Below are positions 56,869 through 64,000 of a DNA stretch of 64,000 bases, piece by piece; positions within the stretch are counted from its first letter, which is position 1, and each line of letters begins with the position of its first letter. The stretch lies in the sequence record MN445183.1; one strand, written 5' to 3'. The notes beneath the pieces were generated by a model. It worked only from the letters and a program-made list of their open reading frames with translations, ran no database searches and was not told where the DNA came from. The position numbers and the translations under genes are program-made.

Positions 56869-56872
56869 TAAC

Positions 56873-56936
56873 GCAGCTACCGCTCCCGACATGGGAAGCG
56901 GTAGCTGCTATTATGCCGATGTTCTTTTTTTTTTTT
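56873..56936. terminator. terminator, TTATGCCG family
   Basis: gcagctaccgctccc-gacat-gggaagcggtagctgc, TTATGCCG, T12. Confidence 0.9.
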
Positions 56937-58128
56937 AGATTTCGATACCGGTTATGTCGAGTGGAATAAAAACGTTGTTACCCGAATCTTTGCTCAGTGG
57001 AGCAAGCGCGTTCGCATAACCGTAGTTATAGCCGGTACCGTACAACGTCCCGTCTTTAACCGCCACCGTGTTAAAAAAGCTAGGGTCACAGCTGTAGATA
57101 TCAGCTCCGGTGAAATCGCCACCCATACCTGCGGTGATATTTGCTGGTGTGCCTCTGGTAATGGCCGTGGTCGACCCCAATCCATACCCAGACTGTCCAC
57201 CAACAAACCACCATTGACCGGCATTCTCTACATAGACACGATGTTGTAGTACAAATACCCGTATCGTTGTTCCACCCGCACCGGTAACGATAGATGTTGG
57301 TAACCCGGTCCCAGTGCTGTAATTAACCGGATACTTACCACCACCTATCTGACCATAGATGTAGTTACCTATACCGCTGAGCATTCTGTTTTGAAGCTCA
57401 TAGTAGTAACAGTTGGCGCCAGCATAAATGTTGGTGTATGCGCCGTTTCCTAGTCCTACGGCAACACGGTTTGCGCTGTTATTGTTATTTGACCCCATCG
57501 CATAGTTCGTGCCGGCACCCAATGCATAGATATAATTGTCAGTGGTGACAAAATAAGCGGTGTTGTTGTTGATTCCGACGGCAATGGATTTAAACTTGAC
57601 CCCCTCAGGGAATCCGGTGCCCGCACCGGTCAAGAGTTTACCGAATGTTCGAATATCCCCAGTGCTCTCTCTTATCCCCAGCGCACCGTTAGTAGCGTAC
57701 CCAGCGTTATATACGTCGCCATTACTCATCAATATCATGCTGGTGTTTGAACCGGACACATGACTTACGATAGTGGCATCTGTCGGCAACGCTGCAAAAT
57801 TGGCAGATAGATTAGTCTTGATGCTACAGTTTAAAGTGTTGGCACCTAAACCACTAATGTTGCCAGCGCCCCACCACTCACCGTCGTCTCTACGATAAAT
57901 CACACCACCCAGAGCGTTGGAATTAACGTAGTCAACCACATGGTCGTCAATCAAGTACCACTTATCCGTAAAAGTTTCGGTTTTACCCACTCCCCGCAAA
58001 AACCCCACAGAACCTCGACAGTACAATCCACCGGTTTCTGTTAATGCCATAGCTGCATACGTGCTGATCATCGCTTTCTTTATTCGTATCTCGGATTTAG
58101 GTGTGCTCCCCAGCATCATCTCCAACAT
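56935..58128 (-). CDS. MLE-tag RCC1/BLIP-II-like beta-propeller protein
   Basis: MLEMMLG start at 58128 behind GGGAG; G.LY..G repeats; paralog of 17046. Confidence 0.75.
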   Translation of the reverse strand: MLEMMLGSTPKSEIRIKKAMISTYAAMALTETGGLYCRGSVGFLRGVGKTETFTDKWYLIDDHVVDYVNSNALGGVIYRRDDGEWWGAGNISGLGANTLNCSIKTNLSANFAALPTDATIVSHVSGSNTSMILMSNGDVYNAGYATNGALGIRESTGDIRTFGKLLTGAGTGFPEGVKFKSIAVGINNNTAYFVTTDNYIYALGAGTNYAMGSNNNNSANRVAVGLGNGAYTNIYAGANCYYYELQNRMLSGIGNYIYGQIGGGKYPVNYSTGTGLPTSIVTGAGGTTIRVFVLQHRVYVENAGQWWFVGGQSGYGLGSTTAITRGTPANITAGMGGDFTGADIYSCDPSFFNTVAVKDGTLYGTGYNYGYANALAPLSKDSGNNVFIPLDITGIEI

Positions 58129-58166
58129 AACTAACTCCCAGAATAACACTTAATGTTCTATAAGAT

Positions 58167-58217
58167 CGGCATAAGGCCCGCCTAACCCACCACCCGAAGG
58201 CAATGAGTCAGGCAGGC
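58167..58217 (-). terminator. minus-strand terminator with UUCG loop, TTATGCCG family
   Basis: 19-bp stem that pairs on the minus strand through several G-U pairs, then cTTATGCCG. Confidence 0.8.
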
Positions 58218-58343
58218 AAGCGTACTACATATCGCATCAAAAATTACTCAAGTTAAAAGGTTAAAAGAAAATAGTCGTATTTGACAGATACGCCGATTAG
58301 GGCTGGGTTGTTGTTTTCGTTTTAAGGCGTGGAGCCTGAATAG

Positions 58344-58381
58344 AAAAAAAGAGGGGGCGAGTGACATCGTGTCCGCCCCCT
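58344..58381 (-). terminator. helicase terminator
   Basis: agggggcg..cgccccct stem then T7 on minus strand. Confidence 0.75.
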
Positions 58382-58422
58382 TAAAAACTTACTAAGTGTA
58401 TCTTCTGGTCATACCATATACG

Positions 58423-59958
58423 TTAACCGAACCACGGGTTCGCGCCACCGTCAGCCACGGTTTCACCAGCAACATGTTTACGAGACATGTCTTTACCGTT
58501 AATGTCATCCAGAATACCGGCCTCAGTAAACTTGTAGACACAGAACTTATCACGCTCAGGTGTAATGGAGATGGTGCGGTGTTTACCACGCTGCACACAC
58601 ATGTACGTTTCTTCACCGACACGCACGAGGTGGATAATGATCTCCACGTCGACTTCTTGGTCAATCTTCGTACAGTTATCCCAGTACCCTTTGTTCGCCG
58701 TTTCACGCGGCAGGTCTTCTTCCATCCCGTTACGCACCAGCATCTTCGCAGCAGGCGACAGCTGGTGAGGTGTGATCAGACAGATGCCACGTGCAGATGT
58801 GAAGTTACGGACACGACGGAACAGGTCACGGTATTCTTGACCCGCCACACCCTTCTCACATCCAGACTTATTGAACATCCCCAGGTAGTCAATGGTTAAC
58901 AGATGAATTTCATAACCCATGTTCTCGAACTGCTTAATGCGTTCGAACAGGTTACGGTAACCAAACTGTGATGGGTCGACACGACAGAAGTTGACTTCAT
59001 AACCCATAACGGATAATGATTCCATCACTTCTTTGGCTGCGGTCTCTTCATCAATTGCCTGATGGTCGTGCACTAAACCATCAACGTTGGCCTTAATCTT
59101 CTTCCACCAAGAAACCATGTTATCCGTCATGTTGTTTTCAGACGAGATGTGCATGATCATTGGTTTCTTCTTCGGATCGCGCATGTACGGTTTATTGTAG
59201 ATCGCAATCTGTCGGGTCAAGTCCATCGTGAACCCAGATTTGTTGTTGTGTTGCAATGCACCAATCAACACAAATTCAGAACGACGGAACCCACCGACTT
59301 CACCCAGCATACGGTTGATACCCTGATACCCGGTACGCAAAACCCCAACCGTTGAAGATTCTTCTTTGGCTTGCTTAAAGATTTGGCTTACCGCATTCAG
59401 GTCACTCACCGATACTTCACTGACAACCGCTGGGTCAAACTGGTCAGTGGTGGTTAAGTTCAGCGTTTCAATCTCTTCCATCAACTTACTGACAGCGACG
59501 TCAACATCAACGTCCTCACCGCCATAGATGATAGGCATGGCTAATTTCTTGATAACCGCTTTGGCTTTACGACGGCTATCCCAGCCTTTCAGGTCACGGT
59601 AAATCTGCGTGACGATCTGGTTGGCACGATACGGGTCATCTTCACTGGAGTTGATACCCATCTCCAGGGCTTGGTAAGTCGACGCATCTTGACCGCAGTC
59701 ATTCAGCAGACGTTGTAACAGGTCAAGTTTGTCTAACGCTTCCAGCTTGTTACGACCGATCAACCAACGAATTGTTTTACGCAACGCCAGCTGTACAGAA
59801 CGTTGCTCATCGCTACCCATTGTCTCAACAGGTGCGGGAATATTCTCCATGAGTTCGTCAACAAACTCACTGTAATCGTCACCGGCTTCACCACCAACAA
59901 CGCTGTGTTGGTAAAATAACGTAATAATCTTTATGATAAGCAGACCAGTGTCCATCAC
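58423..59958 (-). CDS. DnaB-like replicative helicase (phiKZ gp118-like)
   Basis: TGYQGINRMLG, GALQHNNKSG, HISSEN, IDYLGM, TPHQLS, QRGKHR. Confidence 0.92.
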   Translation of the reverse strand: MMDTGLLIIKIITLFYQHSVVGGEAGDDYSEFVDELMENIPAPVETMGSDEQRSVQLALRKTIRWLIGRNKLEALDKLDLLQRLLNDCGQDASTYQALEMGINSSEDDPYRANQIVTQIYRDLKGWDSRRKAKAVIKKLAMPIIYGGEDVDVDVAVSKLMEEIETLNLTTTDQFDPAVVSEVSVSDLNAVSQIFKQAKEESSTVGVLRTGYQGINRMLGEVGGFRRSEFVLIGALQHNNKSGFTMDLTRQIAIYNKPYMRDPKKKPMIMHISSENNMTDNMVSWWKKIKANVDGLVHDHQAIDEETAAKEVMESLSVMGYEVNFCRVDPSQFGYRNLFERIKQFENMGYEIHLLTIDYLGMFNKSGCEKGVAGQEYRDLFRRVRNFTSARGICLITPHQLSPAAKMLVRNGMEEDLPRETANKGYWDNCTKIDQEVDVEIIIHLVRVGEETYMCVQRGKHRTISITPERDKFCVYKFTEAGILDDINGKDMSRKHVAGETVADGGANPWFG

Positions 59959-59979
59959 GTTCCTCGTTAAGGTGAAGTT

Positions 59980-60606
59980 ATGTTTAAAGAGAAAATCGTT
60001 ATCGCTCCAGCTCCTATCCTACGAGCGCTGCGTGATAACCAATTGCCGTTAAAAGTTTTACTCGAACCAGAAAAACTACTTAGTATATTATCCACCCGAG
60101 ACGTTATCTTTTACTACGCTTTGAACGTCATGTTATGTAGCGCCGATTTTCGTAAGTCTCCCGCGGCGTCAGCCAACAAGCTGACCTACGCCTTGGCGCA
60201 GCTGCCTTACTACTCTAACGGTGTAATGGATGTGTTTACACAAGAAGAGTGGGTAATGTTCGGAAGTACTAATCAAAGTGACATCCGAGCTGAACTTTCG
60301 GAGGTGACCACACGCACTGCTTATGAATATGCCACAGGTGAGCCCTATGATGTAGAAGCGCATCGTAACGGCGAAGCAACGGAGTATGACTTCAAGACAA
60401 CGGTCATTAATGGCGACACAGTCTGTGTAATGATCGTACCCCGTGAAGATCAGAATGTGACTGATAGTATGTTAAGTCAGCGCCTGCTGCGTAAAGTGTT
60501 GTACTCTATGAACACTATCTCAGCAAAAGCCGACGAGTACAAAAGTCTTTACGTCGGGCTCTGCACTTCCATCATAAACAACGCGGTCGCGCAACGCAGT
60601 GTTTAA
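59980..60606 (+). CDS. hypothetical protein upstream of capsid gene (phiKZ gp119-like by position)
   Basis: AAGGTG RBS; synteny. Confidence 0.75.
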   Translation: MFKEKIVIAPAPILRALRDNQLPLKVLLEPEKLLSILSTRDVIFYYALNVMLCSADFRKSPAASANKLTYALAQLPYYSNGVMDVFTQEEWVMFGSTNQSDIRAELSEVTTRTAYEYATGEPYDVEAHRNGEATEYDFKTTVINGDTVCVMIVPREDQNVTDSMLSQRLLRKVLYSMNTISAKADEYKSLYVGLCTSIINNAVAQRSV

Positions 60607-60743
60607 CTGAATAATAATAGTATGTCAATTAACTTCGTTATGACGTGCTGTTTACCCGAGTGTTAGCGCAACACATATCCGTATCGGAACACCTGATCCG
60701 GGTGTAATCGAAAACTTATATAAGTTATTGAAAGGAACACCAA

Positions 60744-62966
60744 ATGGCATTAAAAGTCCTTCACACGCAGAATAGCTCTTCGCTGTTCAGCCGTATCAAA
60801 TCTGCGGTAAACAACGGCCAGTTCGCTGTTGACGATACTATTGTCCCGGGTTACGGTCTGGAGTCTCTGGATGCTGGCGCGATGGAAAAGCAGTCCGGTG
60901 CAATCACTACTGCGCTGAACGCGCTGCAAAGTGAATGTGGCCAGAAGGACGCTGTGAGCGCTGGGCTGGAAGGCTTCAACGAACAGCAGCTGGCCGCTGG
61001 TGCAATCGCTGCAACCATCGTTGGCGACCTGTCTGGTTACGGTCGTGCACTGCAATCCCGTTCCGCTACTGCGATGTCCGGTGGTTATCAGACCGTTTCT
61101 GGTTCCCGCTATGGTTCTGCTAACCCGAAACAGGGTTACGGTACTGAAGCGTTTGAACATGCTCAGGACTTTGTTCCTCAGCAGGCTCAGACCATCGAGT
61201 ACAACATCAAAGCATCCAAGCAGGATCCGGTTGGTGAAGCGTTCTTCCCAACTACTACCCTGACTGCAAACGACATCGGTCTGGATGTGAAGATCCCGGT
61301 TGATATCGTTGAGCCGTTCATCAAACACAAAGCCACCGGCGAAGTGACCGATTGGCAGCGTAAGAAACTGATCAACACCCTGCGTGATCCGTCCATCCTG
61401 CGCAACGACGCGATCAAACTGATCCCGTACAAGCCGGTTGATAAGTCTAACGACCAGCACTTCGCTGCCGGTACTGACTTCACCGAAGTTCAGGGTGGCG
61501 AAGATCTGCCGACTGCTGCGCTGAAGCCGGGTGTGCGTATTGGCTTCCTGGGCCTGTGCTCTACTCCGTCTCTGGTACAGAACGGCGTGATGGATCACAC
61601 TGACCAGATCGACAACAACGTCCGTCTGCAATATGTGTGGATCAAAGTCAGCAACGCTGGCGGCACCACCGAACTGTTCCGTCTGCGTACGGACAACCTG
61701 GATCGTTCTGCATTCCAGAAAACCCAGGAAGGCGATAAATTCCAGACTTCTCTGGACCTGGACGTTCCGGCATACCAGCTGAACTCCGCAGTGAAAACTG
61801 TGGCTGGCGCAGCTTCTGTACTGCTGGCTCCGCTGACCACCGGTAAACAAACTGTTGGTATCGCGCTGAAAATCAACGGCACCCTGAACCACGAAAAAGG
61901 TGACCTGGTTGTTAACGCCCTGGAACAGCCGCGCGTATCTCGCGTCTACGACAACGATTCTCGTGAAGACATCACTAAGACCAGTGCTGTACAGACCGAA
62001 ATCGCTAAGCTGACCTTTGAGTTCGCTGGCTACTACATCAAAGCCAACCTGCGTAACAGCAACTTCCGTACTCGCGAACAGCGTATCGACCGTCAGACCA
62101 GCACCTACAAGTACCTGGTGCAGCTGGGCGCGCCGATCACTGCAATCGCACCGGCAACCAACGACTGGGGCCCGGTTGAAGCTGTAGCTGTTGAGCAGCT
62201 GTCTACCGCTACCTACGCGCGTAACTCCGCAATGGCTATCAGCCGTCTGCTGGACTACGTTGACTCCATGCGCGCTTCTGGCATCGCTAACAATGCCCTG
62301 TGGCAGCGTTACGACGAAAACAGCGTGGAAGGTGTTGGTAAAGCTGTTGTTGATCCGTGGTTCGGTGAAGGCGACTACAACATCAAAGACCTGGTGAACT
62401 CCACCGCGTCCCACATGCGTCGCGAAGACATCAGCGAACAACTGCTGATGATCATCCGTAACTACGCATACCGCATGAACGCAGAATCCGGCTACAACGT
62501 AGCAATCGGCCTGCTGTACAACGAGACCCAGCCGAACCTGCTGATCGGTACCGACAACATCATCGCTCAGTACCTGATGGAAGTTGGCGATCTGCGTACT
62601 GCTGGTATCTCCTTCAAAGTAACTGTTGTGACTTCTAACAACATCGAAATGAAGGGCAAGGTCATCATGACCCTGTCTCGTATGAAAGCGGGCGGTCTGG
62701 ATCTGTGCACCTTCGGTATGCACCTGTGGGTACCTGAAATCGTAGCAACCGTTAAGATCATGCGTAACGGTAACTACATCCAGGAAACCATGGTACAGCC
62801 ACGTAACCTGCACGTTGTTGTGTGTCCGATCATCGCTGCGCTGACCATCTCTGGTCTGGACGAAGCGTACACCGGTTCCATCAACATCCCGGTTGCAACT
62901 GGCGACCTGGCTGCTAACATCGCTACTGCGGTGCTGGACGGTCTGAACGCACAGCCGAAACCGTAA
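60744..62966 (+). CDS. major capsid protein precursor (phiKZ gp120-like)
   Basis: 740 aa, YGLE/AGLE/YGTE propeptide sites, IEYN...EAFFPT and QPRNLHV motifs, extreme codon bias, next to helicase. Confidence 0.92.
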   Translation: MALKVLHTQNSSSLFSRIKSAVNNGQFAVDDTIVPGYGLESLDAGAMEKQSGAITTALNALQSECGQKDAVSAGLEGFNEQQLAAGAIAATIVGDLSGYGRALQSRSATAMSGGYQTVSGSRYGSANPKQGYGTEAFEHAQDFVPQQAQTIEYNIKASKQDPVGEAFFPTTTLTANDIGLDVKIPVDIVEPFIKHKATGEVTDWQRKKLINTLRDPSILRNDAIKLIPYKPVDKSNDQHFAAGTDFTEVQGGEDLPTAALKPGVRIGFLGLCSTPSLVQNGVMDHTDQIDNNVRLQYVWIKVSNAGGTTELFRLRTDNLDRSAFQKTQEGDKFQTSLDLDVPAYQLNSAVKTVAGAASVLLAPLTTGKQTVGIALKINGTLNHEKGDLVVNALEQPRVSRVYDNDSREDITKTSAVQTEIAKLTFEFAGYYIKANLRNSNFRTREQRIDRQTSTYKYLVQLGAPITAIAPATNDWGPVEAVAVEQLSTATYARNSAMAISRLLDYVDSMRASGIANNALWQRYDENSVEGVGKAVVDPWFGEGDYNIKDLVNSTASHMRREDISEQLLMIIRNYAYRMNAESGYNVAIGLLYNETQPNLLIGTDNIIAQYLMEVGDLRTAGISFKVTVVTSNNIEMKGKVIMTLSRMKAGGLDLCTFGMHLWVPEIVATVKIMRNGNYIQETMVQPRNLHVVVCPIIAALTISGLDEAYTGSINIPVATGDLAANIATAVLDGLNAQPKP

Positions 62967-62979
62967 GTCTACGGTAAAC

Positions 62980-63030
62980 GCATAAACGACACACGCCTGC
63001 CCTTCGGGGTGGGTGTGTGTTTTTATGCCG
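62980..63030 (+). terminator. capsid terminator, GCATAA/TTATGCCG family
   Basis: acacacgcctgccc-ttcg-gggtgggtgtgtgt then TTTTATGCCG. Confidence 0.9.
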
Positions 63031-63067
63031 ATGTTATAGACAAAGCGGATTCTTAACTGGTGGATTT

Positions 63068-63886
63068 ATGTTAGAATTATTTCTCGGTAGGCGAACTAAA
63101 AATGTAACAACAGTAACAGGCGAGATAATTTTTGCTAACGGCATTAATGGAACAGCAACCACGCGCTCATGGATAGTGCCAAAGGGCGTATACAGTGTCA
63201 GTGCTGTTGTCGTGGGGCAAGGTGGCGGAGGGTATGACAGACCAGGTGCCGGTGGCGATTTAAGATGGATAAGTGAATTAGAAGTCACACCCGGCGAAAC
63301 CATTACAGTGACAGTTGGTCCTGGCGGAAGTAGCGTCGCCAGCGCGCTTTTACGTGGATCCAGTATACTGATCACGGCCAAAGCGGGATCGGCCGTTGCA
63401 CCTAGCAGTGATATAGACGGTGTTTTGATTGGTGGTGGTAACGGCGGGCTTAAAGGGTACGGTACTTCGGGTGCGGGCGATTCAATTGCCGGCGGCGGAG
63501 GCGCTGGTGGTTATTTAGGGAACGGCGGTAACGGCGCTGACGCATCAACAAGCTACGGCGGAAATGGTCAAGGCGGCGGAGGCGGAGGCGGTGGTCGTTT
63601 TTATGCGAACGCCACTTCTAAATATGCCGCTGCCGCTGGAGGCGGTGTAGGGTTATACGGGATTAAGAACGGTGTAATCTTAAATGGCGCCGGCGGGACT
63701 TATGAGATCGTGTCATCCGGTAGCGCTAACTCAAGATCGTTAGGTAAAGGCGGTTCCGGGGGTGGTAACGCGATTGGTGGTTCTGGTGGTACGTATGGCG
63801 GTGGGTCGAGCTACCAGGGTGGTGGTGGTGGCGCAGTGCGTATTATCTGGGGGCCTGGCCGTAGCTTCCCTAACAATGCAGCTTAA
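63068..63886 (+). CDS. MLE-tag glycine-rich domain protein
   Basis: MLELFLG start; W.VPKGV.SVSAVVVG.GGGG...VTPGETITVTVG.GG...GAVRIIW. Confidence 0.8.
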   Translation: MLELFLGRRTKNVTTVTGEIIFANGINGTATTRSWIVPKGVYSVSAVVVGQGGGGYDRPGAGGDLRWISELEVTPGETITVTVGPGGSSVASALLRGSSILITAKAGSAVAPSSDIDGVLIGGGNGGLKGYGTSGAGDSIAGGGGAGGYLGNGGNGADASTSYGGNGQGGGGGGGGRFYANATSKYAAAAGGGVGLYGIKNGVILNGAGGTYEIVSSGSANSRSLGKGGSGGGNAIGGSGGTYGGGSSYQGGGGGAVRIIWGPGRSFPNNAA

Positions 63887-63890
63887 TGAG

Positions 63891-63920
63891 GTGGGTGCTC
63901 AGGCACCCACTTTTATGCCG
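63891..63920 (+). terminator. terminator, TTATGCCG family
   Basis: gtgggtgc-tcag-gcacccac then TTTTATGCCG. Confidence 0.9.
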
Positions 63921-63944
63921 TCCTTTATATAAAGGTAAAAATAT

Positions 63945-63960
63945 TTCATACCTACATTAC
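63945..63960 (+). promoter_or_regulatory. putative early promoter motif, copy 4
   Basis: TTCAtaCCTACATTAC. Confidence 0.7.
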
Positions 63961-64000
63961 TAATAGGTAACAGTATAAATGCCAGCATTGGATGAACTGT

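Noticed and set aside
58218-58343. tRNA or H-type pseudoknot
   Set aside because: No T-loop or acceptor stem; candidate stems are 4-5 bp with an implausibly long middle loop.
58396-58899. + strand ORF overlapping the helicase 3' end
   Set aside because: Antisense to a conserved gene and runs against its terminator.
59230-59265. Non-canonical helicase Walker A (ALQHNNKS)
   Set aside because: To my recollection typical of phiKZ-family DnaB proteins; all other motifs intact.
60750-62813. 687-aa antisense ORF over the capsid gene
   Set aside because: Shadow of strong codon bias in a highly expressed gene; no RBS, non-protein-like composition.
10344-63886. MLE-tag family as a DGR or shufflon
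   Set aside because: No reverse transcriptase, template/variable repeat pair, invertase or inverted crossover sites in the window; cargoes are unrelated folds.

Overview
The window is a segment of a phiKZ-like jumbo phage genome (phiKZ/SPN3US-type gene order; host probably an enterobacterium, which is inference). It carries the conserved core block: virion RNA polymerase beta' fragment, one half of the split family-B DNA polymerase, a run of head proteins with prohead-protease (S/A/G-x-E) sites, tail/baseplate-type proteins, a 1383-aa collagen-like fibre, thymidylate kinase, DnaB-like helicase and the major capsid protein. Three clusters of small early-type hypothetical genes are interleaved. 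No tRNA, rRNA, CRISPR array, integrase, transposase or reverse transcriptase was seen. Most notable: (1) six dispersed, codon-atypical genes with three unrelated cargo folds share an N-terminal MLEMMLG-like tag, and three sit exactly 29-30 nt behind a shared CCGATNTTATAG motif abutting a terminator, like swappable cassettes; (2) a probable programmed -1 frameshift (T TTT TTT, 6006-6012) that would fuse a 549-aa assembly protein to the next ORF; (3) a dispersed terminator family ending in TTATGCCG; (4) four exact copies of a TTCANNCCTACATTAC early-promoter-like motif; (5) two degenerate GIY-YIG-like paralogs. Homologue names come from motif recognition and gene order only; no database search was run.
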